Shown here: piece by piece, positions 1 through 9,938 of the stretch
How the letters are laid out: every line of letters starts with the position of its first letter
How positions within the stretch are numbered: position 1 is the first letter of the stretch
Source of the DNA: an uncultured Alphaproteobacteria bacterium
GTDB taxonomy: Bacteria; Pseudomonadota; Alphaproteobacteria; Rhizobiales; Xanthobacteraceae
Reading direction: 5' to 3'
Length of the DNA stretch: 64,000 bases
NCBI GenBank assembly: GCA_963819935.1
Contig: CAWFYF010000011.1
Span: forward strand, 90,404 to 154,403
Translations under genes and position numbers: made by a program
Notes under the pieces: generated by a model
What the model was told of the DNA's origin: nothing
Databases searched by the model: none
Seen by the model: the letters and a program-made list of their open reading frames with translations, nothing else

Positions 1-546
1 CTTTCGACCGCGGCGCTGCTCCTGACCTATTTCGGACTGCGGCTGTTGCTGGCGAGCCGTTTCGGTCGCATCATCGTCGGTATTAGGGAGAATGAACGGC
101 GCGCCGAACTCCTGGGATACGATCCGCGCGCCTACAAGCTCGTGACCTTCACCATCGGCGGCGCGCTCGCGGGCTTTGCCGGATGCCTGTTCGCCAACTG
201 GGGAAATTTCGTAAGCCCGACCATTTTCGGGCTGGCCCAGTCCGCCCAGATCATCATCTGGGTCATCGTCGGCGGACGCGGCACGCTGATCGGTCCGATC
301 ATCGGCTGCATCGGCATCCAGTGGCTCACCACCGCGCTCGGGGCGAACCAGCCCAGCGGCTCGGATTGGTGGACCAAGCTCTTGGCCAATGCGCCCTTCA
401 TCTTCGGCGTCATCCTCATCGCGTTCGTGCTGCTGGTGCCGAAAGGCCTGGTGCCGACGCTCGGCGACTTCGGGCAGTGGCTGCTGCGGACACGCACGCG
501 GCGGGTCGCGGCGAGCCTCGAGCCCAAGCAGGCGGAGGAGGGGTGA
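1..546 (+). CDS. ABC transporter permease, LivM-type (C-terminal part; 5' end outside window)
   Basis: Frame 1 is open from base 1 to TGA 544-546. The translation ...RFGRIIVGIRENERRAELLGYDPRAYKL... plus two hydrophobic helices matches the conserved loop and last TM helices of LivM-family permeases. The stop overlaps the next ATG (TGATG). Confidence 0.8.
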   Translation, partial: LSTAALLLTYFGLRLLLASRFGRIIVGIRENERRAELLGYDPRAYKLVTFTIGGALAGFAGCLFANWGNFVSPTIFGLAQSAQIIIWVIVGGRGTLIGPIIGCIGIQWLTTALGANQPSGSDWWTKLLANAPFIFGVILIAFVLLVPKGLVPTLGDFGQWLLRTRTRRVAASLEPKQAEEG

Positions 547-1268
547 TGGCCGAACCGCTGCTGCAAACCCGCGATCTCAGCATGCACTTCGGCGGCGTCA
601 AGGCGGTCCGCAACGTCAATTTCACGCTGGCCGAGGGCGAGCTGCGCTGCCTGATCGGTCCGAACGGCGCCGGCAAAAGCACGTTCTTCAAGATGCTCAC
701 CGGACAGCTTCAGCCTAGCCTCGGGCAGGTGCTGTTTCGCGGCCACGATATCTCCCAGGCCCACGCCCATGAGATCGCGCGGCTTGGCATCGGCATCAAG
801 ACCCAGGTGCCGAGCGTGTTCGACGGCCTGGATGTACGCGAAAACATCTGGCTGGCGGCAAGCCGCATCCATGCCCGCGATCGCGTCAACGCCGTGGTCG
901 ACGAGATGCTGGAGCGGATCGGGCTCACCGGTGCTGCAAACCGCCTGGTCGGCCAGCTCGCCCACGGTCAGCGGCAATGGGTCGAGTTGGGCATCGTGTT
1001 GTCGACCGATCCCGACCTCATCCTGCTCGATGAACCCGCGGCGGGCATGACGCATGAGGAGGTGAACAAGACCGCCGAGCTCGTGCGCGAGATCAACCGC
1101 AGCAAGGCGCTCATCGTCGTCGAGCATGACATGCAATTCATCCGCATGATCGCCAAGCAGGTGACGGTCTTCAATCAGGGCAGCGTGCTGGTGGAGGATT
1201 CCGTGGAGAACATCCTGCGCAATCCGCTGGTGCGCGACGTCTATCTCGGCAAGCAGGCGGCCGCATGA
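546..1268 (+). CDS. ABC transporter ATP-binding protein (LivG-like)
   Basis: ATG 546 is in frame within ORF 183-1268 (MAEPLLQTRDLSMHFGG...). Walker A GPNGAGKST, Walker B LILLDEPAAGM, C-terminal RDVYLG typical of LivG-type ATPases. Confidence 0.9.
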   Translation: MAEPLLQTRDLSMHFGGVKAVRNVNFTLAEGELRCLIGPNGAGKSTFFKMLTGQLQPSLGQVLFRGHDISQAHAHEIARLGIGIKTQVPSVFDGLDVRENIWLAASRIHARDRVNAVVDEMLERIGLTGAANRLVGQLAHGQRQWVELGIVLSTDPDLILLDEPAAGMTHEEVNKTAELVREINRSKALIVVEHDMQFIRMIAKQVTVFNQGSVLVEDSVENILRNPLVRDVYLGKQAAA

Positions 1269-1972
1269 TGCTCAACGTCCAGGGACTGCGCGCGGGCTAC
1301 GGCCGCATTCCGATCCTCAACGGGGTGAGTTTTGCCGTCAAGATCGGCGAGTTCATCGGAATCCTCGGCCATAACGGCATGGGCAAGACGACACTGCTCA
1401 AGGCGTTGATGGGATTTCTGCCGGCGACCGGCGGGTCCGTCCGTTTCGACGGCGGTGACGTGACGACGGCCGAACCCTATCAGCGCGCGCGGCTCGGGCT
1501 CGGTTATGTGCCGCAGGGGCGCGAGATCTTTCCGGGGCTCACGGTTTACGACAATCTGCGCATGGGCTGCACCAAGGAGACGGGCAGCGAGCAGGAAACC
1601 ATCGCCGAAGTGCTGGAGGAGTTTCCTCGCCTCAAACCCTTGCTCGACCGGTCCGGTGGCGCGCTGTCGGGCGGCGAGCAGCAGCTGCTGGCGCTCGCGC
1701 GCTGCCTCTGCGGCAAGCCGCGCCTCATTCTGCTCGACGAGCCGACCGAGGGCATCCAGCCCTCGATCATCGACGAGATCGTCGAGGTGCTGCAGCGCCT
1801 GCGCGACAAGAGCGGCCTCACCATGATTCTGGTCGAGCAGAACCTCGAATTCATCTCCGCGCTCTCCAGGCGTATTCTCATCATTCAAAAAGGCGCCATC
1901 ACCCGTGAATTGCAGCCAGGCGATCTCGCCGATGCAAATCTGGTCGGCGAATTCATCGGAATCACGACGTAA
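1265..1972 (+). CDS. ABC transporter ATP-binding protein (LivF-like)
   Basis: 235 aa. Walker A GHNGMGKTT, signature LSGGEQQLLALAR, Walker B LILLDEPTEGI. 4-nt overlap with the upstream ATPase gene. Confidence 0.9.
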   Translation: MMLNVQGLRAGYGRIPILNGVSFAVKIGEFIGILGHNGMGKTTLLKALMGFLPATGGSVRFDGGDVTTAEPYQRARLGLGYVPQGREIFPGLTVYDNLRMGCTKETGSEQETIAEVLEEFPRLKPLLDRSGGALSGGEQQLLALARCLCGKPRLILLDEPTEGIQPSIIDEIVEVLQRLRDKSGLTMILVEQNLEFISALSRRILIIQKGAITRELQPGDLADANLVGEFIGITT

Positions 1973-2011
1973 GGCCCGATTGAGCGGGCACGGACAACAG
2001 GGAGACCGACC

Positions 2012-3526
2012 ATGGCAGTGCGACGACCCACACTCGATCAATTGCGCAGCGTCGCCGAGGATCTCGGCATGCATATGGGTGAGGAGGAACTCAAATCCTA
2101 CGACGCCCTGATGCAGGGAAATTACGCCGCCTATGACATCATCGATGCCATGCCGGACTACGTCCCGGCCGTGACCTATCCGCGAACCTCCGGCTATCGT
2201 CCGGAAGGCGAGGAGAACAAGTACAATGCCTGGTACTTCAAGACCACGGTCAAGGGCGCGGCAAGCGGCAAGCTCGCCGGCAAGACGGTCGCGCTGAAGG
2301 ACAATGTCAGCCTCGCCGGCGTGCCCATGATGAACGGCGCCTCGACGCTCGAGGGCTACGTTCCCGATGTGGATGCCACCATCGTCACGCGCATTCTCGA
2401 CGCCGGCGGCACCATCCTCGGCAAGACGCATTGCGAGTACTTCTGCTTCTCCGGGGGCAGCCACACCAACGCGACCGGCCCGGTCCATAATCCCCACAAG
2501 ATGGGTTATTCGGCCGGCGGCTCTTCGTCCGGCAGCGGTGTCGTGGTTGCGCTGGGCGAGGCCGATATGGCGATCGGCGGCGACCAGGGCGGATCGATCC
2601 GCATCCCCTCTTCGTTCTGCGGCATCTACGGCATGAAGGGAACGCACGGCCTCGTGCCCTATACCGGGGTGATGCCGATCGAAATCACGCTCGACCACAC
2701 CGGTCCGATGACCCGCAATGTCCGCGACAATGCGCTGCTGCTCGAGGTGCTGGCAGGCGCCGACGGCCTCGATCCCAGGCAGATCGCGCCCAAGGTCGCC
2801 AATTACACCGAAGCGCTCGGCGGCGGCGTCAAGGGATTGCGCATCGGCATCGTCAAGGAAGGATTTGGGCTCGCAGTTTCCGAGCCCGACGTCGACGCCA
2901 AGGTCATGGCGGGCGCGCAGCTTTTCAAGAAGCTCGGCGCCACCGTCGAGGAGATATCGGTGCCGATGCATCTTCTGGGGCCCGCGATCTGGCTGCCGAT
3001 CGCCGCCGAAGGCGGCACCGAGTTCATGATGAAGGGCAACGGCATGGGGACCAACTGGCGCGGTCTCTACAACACGACGCTGCTCGACGCGCATTCCGCC
3101 TGGCACCATCGCGCCGACGAATTGTCCGACAGCCTGAAGATCACCATGCTGGTCGGCCACTATTTCACCAAACACTATCGCGGTCACTTCTATTCCAAGG
3201 CGCAAAACCTGAATCGCAAGCTGCGCGCCGCCTACGATGCGGCGCTGAATAGTTACGATCTGCTGCTGATGCCGACCCTGCCGATGAAGGCGACGCCGAT
3301 CCCGCCGCCGGATGCGCCGCGCGAACTCTACATCCAGCGTGCATTCGAGATGGTTCCCAACACCGCGCCGTTCAACGCCAGCGGACATCCGGCGATGACC
3401 ATTCCGTGTGGGATGAGCGGCGGTCTGCCGATCGGGCTGATGCTGATCGGCAAGTATTACGACGAGCCGACCATCTACCGCGCCGCCGCGGCGTTCGAAG
3501 GCGCCGGCGACTGGACCAAAATGTGA
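2012..3526 (+). CDS. amidase-signature (AS) family amidase
   Basis: 504 aa with the Gly/Ser-rich AS motif GYSAGGSSSGSGVVVA...GGDQGGSIRIPSSFCGIYG. Confidence 0.9.
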   Translation: MAVRRPTLDQLRSVAEDLGMHMGEEELKSYDALMQGNYAAYDIIDAMPDYVPAVTYPRTSGYRPEGEENKYNAWYFKTTVKGAASGKLAGKTVALKDNVSLAGVPMMNGASTLEGYVPDVDATIVTRILDAGGTILGKTHCEYFCFSGGSHTNATGPVHNPHKMGYSAGGSSSGSGVVVALGEADMAIGGDQGGSIRIPSSFCGIYGMKGTHGLVPYTGVMPIEITLDHTGPMTRNVRDNALLLEVLAGADGLDPRQIAPKVANYTEALGGGVKGLRIGIVKEGFGLAVSEPDVDAKVMAGAQLFKKLGATVEEISVPMHLLGPAIWLPIAAEGGTEFMMKGNGMGTNWRGLYNTTLLDAHSAWHHRADELSDSLKITMLVGHYFTKHYRGHFYSKAQNLNRKLRAAYDAALNSYDLLLMPTLPMKATPIPPPDAPRELYIQRAFEMVPNTAPFNASGHPAMTIPCGMSGGLPIGLMLIGKYYDEPTIYRAAAAFEGAGDWTKM

Positions 3527-3595
3527 CCAACGCTGCGGCCTGCCGTCAACGCCGGCAGGCCGCTTCCTCGGGCGGCAGCAGCAACGGAGGCGACG

Positions 3596-4351
3596 ATGGA
3601 TCTCGGATTGAAGGGCAAGAACGTCCTGGTGACCGGCGGCAGCAAGGGCATCGGGCTGGCGATCGCCGACCTGTTCGCGGCGGAAGGCGCCAATGTCGCG
3701 ATTTGCGCGCGCAATGCCGATGAGGTCGGCAAGGTCGTGAAGGCGCTGGCCGCGAAGGGCGTCAAGTCGTGGGGCAAGGCGATCGATGTCGCCGATCCCG
3801 CGGCATTGAAGCAGTGGATCGAGGGCGCGGCCGCCGAATTCGGCGGCATCGACACGATCGTCTGCAACGTCAGCGCCCTGGCGGTCGGCGATACGCCCGA
3901 GACCTGGGAAAAAACGTTTCGAACCGACATGATGCATACCGTCAATTCGGTCGCGGCCGCACTTCCTTATCTGGAGAAATCAAAATCCGCTTCCATCGTG
4001 ATCGTCTCCAGCGTCTCCGGGTTCGAGGTGGATTTCGCCGCCGGTTCCTACGGCGCGTTCAAGGCGGCGCTGATTCACTACTCCAAGGGACTGAGCAACC
4101 AGCTGATCGGCAAGGGCATCCGCGCCAACGTGGTGTCCCCGGGCAATACCTATTTCGAAGGCGGTATCTGGCAAAACATCGAGCAGGGCATGCCCGATCT
4201 CTACAAGACGGCGATGTCGTTGAATCCGACCGGGCGCATGGGCACGCCGCAGGAAGTCGCCGCGGGCGTGGTCTTCCTCGCGAGCCCGGTGGCGAGCCGC
4301 ATTTCCGGTACCAACCTCATCATCGACGGTGCTCTCACCAAGGCCGTCTAG
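3596..4351 (+). CDS. SDR-family oxidoreductase
   Basis: 251 aa. TGGSKGIG cofactor motif, catalytic YGAFK (YxxxK), PGNT motif. Confidence 0.9.
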   Translation: MDLGLKGKNVLVTGGSKGIGLAIADLFAAEGANVAICARNADEVGKVVKALAAKGVKSWGKAIDVADPAALKQWIEGAAAEFGGIDTIVCNVSALAVGDTPETWEKTFRTDMMHTVNSVAAALPYLEKSKSASIVIVSSVSGFEVDFAAGSYGAFKAALIHYSKGLSNQLIGKGIRANVVSPGNTYFEGGIWQNIEQGMPDLYKTAMSLNPTGRMGTPQEVAAGVVFLASPVASRISGTNLIIDGALTKAV

Positions 4352-4508
4352 CGCATCCGCCACTGGCCCGGCGGACAGAGGCAGAAGCATCGCCGGATAC
4401 CTGTGCCGGCGAGACGAGGTCGACTGCCTCTGGGAAGCCGATTTGAGTTTCCCGCAATCTGACGTATGGTCGCTCCAATCTCACTACGAATTGGTGTACG
4501 TCAGGCTC

Positions 4509-5675
4509 ATGAATTTCAGCGAAAATACCGGCGCCCCCTGGCGTGTGGGCGTGCTGTTCTCCCAGACCGGAGTTACTTCCACCGTCGAGCAGTCACAGCT
4601 GAATGCGACGCTTCTTGCGATCGAGGAAATCAATTCCAGCGGGGGAGTGCTCGATCGCATGATCGAGCCCGTCATTTACGATCCGGCGTCCGATCCGAAG
4701 CAATTTCGCAGCCTGGCCGAACGTTTGTTCGAGGTGGACCGGATCCGGCTGTTGTTCGGCTGCTATATGTCGAGCACCCGCAAGGCGGTGTTGCCGGTCG
4801 TCGAAAGCCACCGGGGCCTGCTGTTCTATCCGACGCTCTACGAGGGTTTCGAATATTCGCGGCATTGCATCTATACCGGTGCTGCGCCGAACCAGAATTC
4901 GTTGCAACTCGCGAGATTCCTGCTTTCGACCTACGGCAATCGCTTTCTGCTGGTGGGATCGAACTACATCTATCCTTACGAATCCAATCGCCTGATGGCC
5001 GATTTCGTGGCGCAGGGCCGCGGCGAGGTGCTGGACGAGATCTATGTTCCGCTTGAGGCGGATCCGCGGGATTTCGACAAGGTCATCAGCCGGATCAAGA
5101 AGACGTCTCCCGACGTCATCTTTTCGACCGTCGTCGGCCGTTGCACCTCGGTCTTCTACGAGGCCTATCGGCGGGCCGGGTTCGATCCGGCGAAGATGCC
5201 GATCGCGAGCCTGACCACCAGCGAAGCGGAAGTCGCGGAGATGCACCAGGAGGCCGCCGAGGGCCATATCACGGCCGCGCCGTTCTTCGAGACCTCGTCA
5301 TCGGCCTCCGCACGCCGTTTCGTCGAGAGCTTCAAGCGCAAATACGGTCCGGATGCGCCGGTGCCGGCGGCCGCGGAAGCTGCCTATTTCCAGGTTCATC
5401 TGGCGATGCGCGCGCTGGCGCGCTGCGGGTCTGACGATCCGGAGCGGGTGCTGAAGGAGCTGCGCGACTCCGAATTCGACGCTCCGCAGGGACGGGTCAG
5501 GATCGATCCGGAAAACAACCACACCTATCTGTGGCCGCGGATCGCGCGACTGGACAAATTCGGTCGGTTCCAGACAGTCTGGAATCCCGGAGTTCGGATC
5601 AAGCCGGATCCCTACTGTGTCGTACAGAGCCTTGACGACTGGTCGGTCGATGATCTTCAGACGGTCAGCCACTGA
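4509..5675 (+). CDS. amiC: aliphatic amidase expression regulator AmiC (cytoplasmic amide-sensing PBP-fold protein)
   Basis: ATG 4509 inside ORF 4329-5675 gives 388 aa. Type I periplasmic-binding-protein fold motifs (VGVLFSQTGVTS, EEINSSGGVL, YPTLYEGFEYS, GSNYIYPYESN) but no signal peptide. Followed directly by an ANTAR regulator gene. Confidence 0.85.
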   Translation: MNFSENTGAPWRVGVLFSQTGVTSTVEQSQLNATLLAIEEINSSGGVLDRMIEPVIYDPASDPKQFRSLAERLFEVDRIRLLFGCYMSSTRKAVLPVVESHRGLLFYPTLYEGFEYSRHCIYTGAAPNQNSLQLARFLLSTYGNRFLLVGSNYIYPYESNRLMADFVAQGRGEVLDEIYVPLEADPRDFDKVISRIKKTSPDVIFSTVVGRCTSVFYEAYRRAGFDPAKMPIASLTTSEAEVAEMHQEAAEGHITAAPFFETSSSASARRFVESFKRKYGPDAPVPAAAEAAYFQVHLAMRALARCGSDDPERVLKELRDSEFDAPQGRVRIDPENNHTYLWPRIARLDKFGRFQTVWNPGVRIKPDPYCVVQSLDDWSVDDLQTVSH

Positions 5676-5698
5676 GGTTCTGAGCGGGGGAGCAGGCG

Positions 5699-6307
5699 GT
5701 GGCGATCCAAATCCTTCGCGATCTTCGCGGCCTCCGGGTCCTGGTCGTTCATCCCCCGGACAACGAACGCGTCAGGCTGGTCGAGCATCTTCGGCGCATC
5801 GGCTGCATGGTCGAGATGCAATGGCCGGTCCCGGAATGCTGGTCCGACGGCTGCGACGTGATGCTGCTGGCCGTCGAGCATGACGCCCGCGGCGATATTC
5901 AGCGCCTCCTCAAGTCGAACGACGGAACGCGGCCGACGCTGATCGCCGTCGTGGGCTACGAGGATCCGACCACGCTTCAGCTGGTGCTGGAGGCGGGCGC
6001 GGTTGCCGTCATCGAGCGGCCGATCCGCCCCTTCGGTCTGCTAACCAACCTGACGATCGCGCGCAGCATCTGGCTCGAGAAGCGCGAGACCGAAAAGCGG
6101 ATCCGGAAACTGGAGCGCAAATTGTCGGGCATCCAGCGCATCCAGAAAGCGAAGGCGATCCTGATGGACGGCCAGGGATTGAGCGAAGCCGAAGCCTATG
6201 AAAGCATCCGCCGCCAGGCGATGGCGAAGCGTCTGTCGATGGACGACATGGCGGCTGCGATCATTCATGCAAATGAGGTCTTGCAGTACCGCGCAAAAGA
6301 TGTTTAG
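5699..6307 (+). CDS. amiR: ANTAR-domain antiterminator AmiR
   Basis: 202 aa. N-terminal pseudo-receiver and C-terminal ANTAR helices (IQKAKAILMDGQGLSEAEAYESIRRQAMAKRLSMDDMAAAII). GTG start as listed in the ORF track. Confidence 0.85.
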   Translation: MAIQILRDLRGLRVLVVHPPDNERVRLVEHLRRIGCMVEMQWPVPECWSDGCDVMLLAVEHDARGDIQRLLKSNDGTRPTLIAVVGYEDPTTLQLVLEAGAVAVIERPIRPFGLLTNLTIARSIWLEKRETEKRIRKLERKLSGIQRIQKAKAILMDGQGLSEAEAYESIRRQAMAKRLSMDDMAAAIIHANEVLQYRAKDV

Positions 6308-6393
6308 TTTTTGCAACTGCGGCAGGGCGAGGAAGTTCTGATCGCGGTTTTCGCTGGACCACCGATGTTGTTGGTCCGGCATGGCTAGGTAAG

Positions 6394-6433
6394 CCCGAGA
6401 GGTCCGCGAGGATCTGTCGGGCTTTTTTGTTTT
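6394..6433 (+). terminator. Rho-independent terminator in the amiR-urtA spacer (candidate AmiR-controlled attenuator)
   Basis: CCCGAGAGGTCC-GCGA-GGATCTGTCGGG forms a 12-bp stem (2 mismatches) with a GNRA-type tetraloop, followed by CTTTTTTGTTTT. Confidence 0.7.
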
Positions 6434-6574
6434 GACGACCGAGAATCGGCACGGACCTGCGCGGGTCCGCTGGCCTCGGGGGAATCTCTGATTTTTTTGG
6501 CTCAAAAAACACGCTCTGGCGTGAACGGAACCGGCTTGCCCGATTGAAGGCGGCCACTAGGGGAGAGTGTCACT

Positions 6575-7831
6575 ATGTCGATTGATCGGCGTAAATTCTT
6601 GAAAAGCGGCCTGCTGGCGACAACCGGGGCGATCGCATCGCCTTACATCATCAGCAGTCCGGTGCGTGCCGCGGGTACGGTGAACGTGGGCGTGCTGTTT
6701 TCGTTGACCGGCGGTCTTTCGATTATCGAAAAATCGCTGCACGATGCGACACTGATGGCGATCAGCGAGATCAATGCCGCCGGCGGCGCCAAAGGCATGA
6801 AGATCAACGCCATCGTCGAGGACGGCGCGTCCGATCCCAAGACCTATAACGAAAAAGCCTCGAAGCTGGTCATCCAGGATCGCGTGCCGACGGTGTTCGG
6901 CTCCTACACCTCCGCAAGCCGCAAGGCGGTGCTTCCGGTGTTCGAGAAGCGCAACAATCTGTATTTCTATCCCACCTACTACGAAGGTTTCGAGTGCTCG
7001 AAGAACGTCGTCTATACGGGCGCCGTGCCGAACCAGCAGCTCTCGAACTTCATTCCCTGGATCATCAAGACGCTGGGCAAGAAGAAATTCTTCATCGTCG
7101 GATCGAACTACATCTATCCGCGCGAGATGGCGAAGGTCTCGAAGATCCTGATCGAGAAGAACGGCGGCGAGTGGATCGCGGACGAATATCTCGAACTCGG
7201 CCATTCGGAGTGGGGCTCCATGGTCAACAAGATCAAGTCCTCCGGTTGCGACGTCGTGCTGTCGAACGTCGTCGGCGACTCCGTCGTCGCGTTCTATCGC
7301 GAATACAAGAACCAGGGCCTGACCCACGACAAGCTGCCGATCTGCGCCACCGTCACCTCCGAGATCGAGATCGCCGCGATGGGGCCGGAATACGCGGTGG
7401 GCAGCTACACCTCGTTCCCGTACTTTCAGGCAATCGACACCGATCGCAACAAGGCGTTCGTCGAGCGCTATCGCGCCTTCGTCAAGGATCCGAAGGCGGT
7501 GACGCATCACGCGCTGGAATCGTCCTACTTCCAGGTCTTCCTGTGGAAGCAGGCGGTCGAGAAGGCGGCGGAGGTCACGCCGGTCGCCATCAGGGAGGCG
7601 GTGAAGGGCCAGGAATTCGACGCCCCGAACGGTCATGTGAAGATCGATTCGGACAATCTCCACACCTACCTGACGCCCCGCATCGCGCAGTGGCAGGCGG
7701 ACGGACAGGGCAAGATCATCGATGCCTACAAGGAGCCGACCATTCCGCTTCCTTACGTGGCCTACGGCGAAACGGAGAGCAATCTGTTCTGCACCGCCAA
7801 GGGTCTCGATACGTCAAAGCTGAAGATCTGA
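6575..7831 (+). CDS. urtA: urea/short-chain amide ABC transporter substrate-binding protein (UrtA/FmdD-like)
   Basis: 418 aa. Twin-arginine signal MSIDRRKFLKSGLLATTGAIASPYIISSPVRAAG. The mature part is paralogous to AmiC (GVLFSLTGGLS, EINAAGG, YPTYYEGFECS, GSNYIYPRE). Confidence 0.85.
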   Translation: MSIDRRKFLKSGLLATTGAIASPYIISSPVRAAGTVNVGVLFSLTGGLSIIEKSLHDATLMAISEINAAGGAKGMKINAIVEDGASDPKTYNEKASKLVIQDRVPTVFGSYTSASRKAVLPVFEKRNNLYFYPTYYEGFECSKNVVYTGAVPNQQLSNFIPWIIKTLGKKKFFIVGSNYIYPREMAKVSKILIEKNGGEWIADEYLELGHSEWGSMVNKIKSSGCDVVLSNVVGDSVVAFYREYKNQGLTHDKLPICATVTSEIEIAAMGPEYAVGSYTSFPYFQAIDTDRNKAFVERYRAFVKDPKAVTHHALESSYFQVFLWKQAVEKAAEVTPVAIREAVKGQEFDAPNGHVKIDSDNLHTYLTPRIAQWQADGQGKIIDAYKEPTIPLPYVAYGETESNLFCTAKGLDTSKLKI

Positions 7832-7894
7832 ACTCGACGTCAAGACCGGCTGCCGCGCCTTGGCGCGGTGGCCGGGAAGATGAGGTGGCCTGGA

Positions 7895-8788
7895 ATGCTT
7901 GAAGTCCTGTTTATCGGCCTGAGCCTCGGCTCGATCCTGCTCTTGGTGGCGCTGGGTCTGGCCATCACCTACGGCGCGATGGGCGTCATCAACATGGCCC
8001 ATGGCGAGATGGTCATGATCGGCGCCTACGTCACGGTGCTCACGGGCATCTATCTCGGGGCGAACATCTTCGTGGCCATCCCGCTGGCCTTCATCGTCAC
8101 GGCGCTGATCGGGCTCGCGATCGAGCGCGTCATCGTTCGCCGGCTGTATGGCCGCCTGCTCGACACGCTGCTGGCCACCTGGGGCATCGCAATCCTGATC
8201 CAGCAGGCGGTGCGGCTCGAACTGGGGCTGTCGTTCTTCGGTATCCATATCGCAGGACTCGGGCCCGGGCTCCAGAATGTCAGCGTCCCCGACGTGCTGC
8301 AGGGAACGCTCATGCTGGGCAACGTGGAGATCAACCGCTATCGCGCCTTCATCATCGTGGTGACGGCGGTGCTGACCGCGCTCTCCTGGCTGATCATGTA
8401 CCGCACGCCGTTCGGCACCCAGGTCCGCGCGATCATTCGCAACCCGAAAATGGCCGAAGCCTGCGGCATCGATGTCGCGCGGGTCAACGCGCTGACATTC
8501 GCGCTCGGCTCGGGCCTTGCCGGCGTCGCCGGCGTGATGATGTCCGGTTTCAAGACCGTCTTCCCCGACATGGGCACGCCGATGGTCGTGGACGGCTTCA
8601 TGGTCGTGGTGATGGGAGGCGTCGGCAGCCTGCTCGGGTCGGTGTTTTCGGCCGGCATCCTCGGCGAGATCAACGGACTGGTGGCGGCCGGCACCAACGA
8701 CATCCTGGCGAGGGCCGTGGTATTCGGCGTGGTGATCATGATCATCATCCTGAAGCCCAAGGGCCTGTTTTCGCTCAAAGGGCGCTGA
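7895..8788 (+). CDS. urtB: urea/amide ABC transporter permease (UrtB-like, LivH family)
   Basis: ORF 7868-8788. ATG 7895 is preceded by AGGTGG at suitable spacing. MLEVLFIGLSLGSILLLVALGLAITYGAMGVINMAHGE is a typical LivH/UrtB N-terminus. Confidence 0.85.
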   Translation: MLEVLFIGLSLGSILLLVALGLAITYGAMGVINMAHGEMVMIGAYVTVLTGIYLGANIFVAIPLAFIVTALIGLAIERVIVRRLYGRLLDTLLATWGIAILIQQAVRLELGLSFFGIHIAGLGPGLQNVSVPDVLQGTLMLGNVEINRYRAFIIVVTAVLTALSWLIMYRTPFGTQVRAIIRNPKMAEACGIDVARVNALTFALGSGLAGVAGVMMSGFKTVFPDMGTPMVVDGFMVVVMGGVGSLLGSVFSAGILGEINGLVAAGTNDILARAVVFGVVIMIIILKPKGLFSLKGR

Positions 8789-8791
8789 TCG

Positions 8792-9938
8792 ATGTCCGAC
8801 AAGCGCCGCGTCGAAATAGCGATCTATCTGGCGTTCTTTGCGCTGATCATGTGCGCGCCGCTGTTGCTCGATCCGTTCTGGCTCAACCGCATCGCCAAAT
8901 ACCTGGTGTTCGGCATGCTCGGCGTCGCGGTCGCGCTCTCGTGGGGCTACGCCGGCATCCTCAATCTCGGCCAGGGACTCTTCTTCGGCGGCGGGGCCTA
9001 TATGCTGGCGATGTCGCTGAAGCTCGCCAGCCAGACCAGCCTGCAGCAGGGCTCGGACAAGCCGGTGCCGGACTTCATGCTGTGGAACGCCGAGCCGGGC
9101 GCGCCGACCGAACTGTGCTGCATCAACAAGGCATCGTTCCTGTGGCTTCCGTTCCAGTCGCAGTGGTTCGGCGTTGCGATGGGGGTAGTGCTGCCGGTCG
9201 CGCTCGCCACGATCATCGGAACCATCGTGTTTCGCAAGCGCATCGCGGGTGTGTTCGTGTCGATCATCACGCTGGCGCTGGTGCTGCTTGGTGCGGCTCG
9301 TGGTCATCGACGCCCAGCCCATCACCAACGGCTTCAACGGGTTGACCGACCTCGGATGGTTCAAGGTCGGCGGGTTCGAGTTCGATCCCTATATCGTCCC
9401 GACCTATTACTTCATCGCCATCGCATTGTGCCTGGTTCTTGCCGGCGCGCGCGTGCTGATCGAAACCAGGGCCGGCCTGATCCTGCAGGCGATACGTGAC
9501 GATCAGAATCGCGCGCGCTATCTGGGCTTCGACGTGCCGCTCTATCAGACGTTCTTCTTCGCGGTGTCGGCGGGGATCGCCGGCCTCGCCGGGATGTTTT
9601 ACGTCGTGATCTCGGAGTTCGCCTCGCCCACCTTCATGGACCTCAGTTTCTCCATCACCATGGTGGTCTGGGCCGCCGTCGGCGGCCGTTCGTCCATCCT
9701 CGGCGCCTGCATCGGGGCCATCGTGATCAACATGATTTCAGCCACCGTCAGCGAGACCCAGGGTTTCGCCGAGGCGTGGAAAGTGATCATCGGCCTGATC
9801 TTCGTGCTCGTCGTCTTGTATCTGCCGCGCGGCTTCGCGGGGCTGGCCCACGATCTGGTCGATCGCCTGCTGATGCGCCGCAAGACGCCGGCGCAGCAGA
9901 AAGTCGGGGTTTCCGATGCCTCGCAACTGGCGGAGTGA
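8792..9938 (+). pseudogene. urtC: urea/amide ABC transporter permease (UrtC-like, LivM family) with an apparent +1 nt frameshift near 9288-9293
   Basis: ORF 8792-9499 carries the N-terminal half up to ...VSIITLALVLLG, then turns Arg/His-rich. ORF 9249-9938, in another frame, resumes RLVVIDAQPITNGFNGLTDLGWFK... to the normal C-terminus. Start-to-stop length is 1147 nt (3n+1). Confidence 0.8.

Noticed and set aside
1241-3937. 898-aa ORF on the - strand
   Set aside because: It runs antisense to three well-supported + strand genes (LivF-like ATPase, amidase, SDR). Its translation is Arg/Ala/Gly/Asp-rich low complexity with no recognisable motifs. This is a typical stop-codon-poor antisense frame in high-GC DNA.
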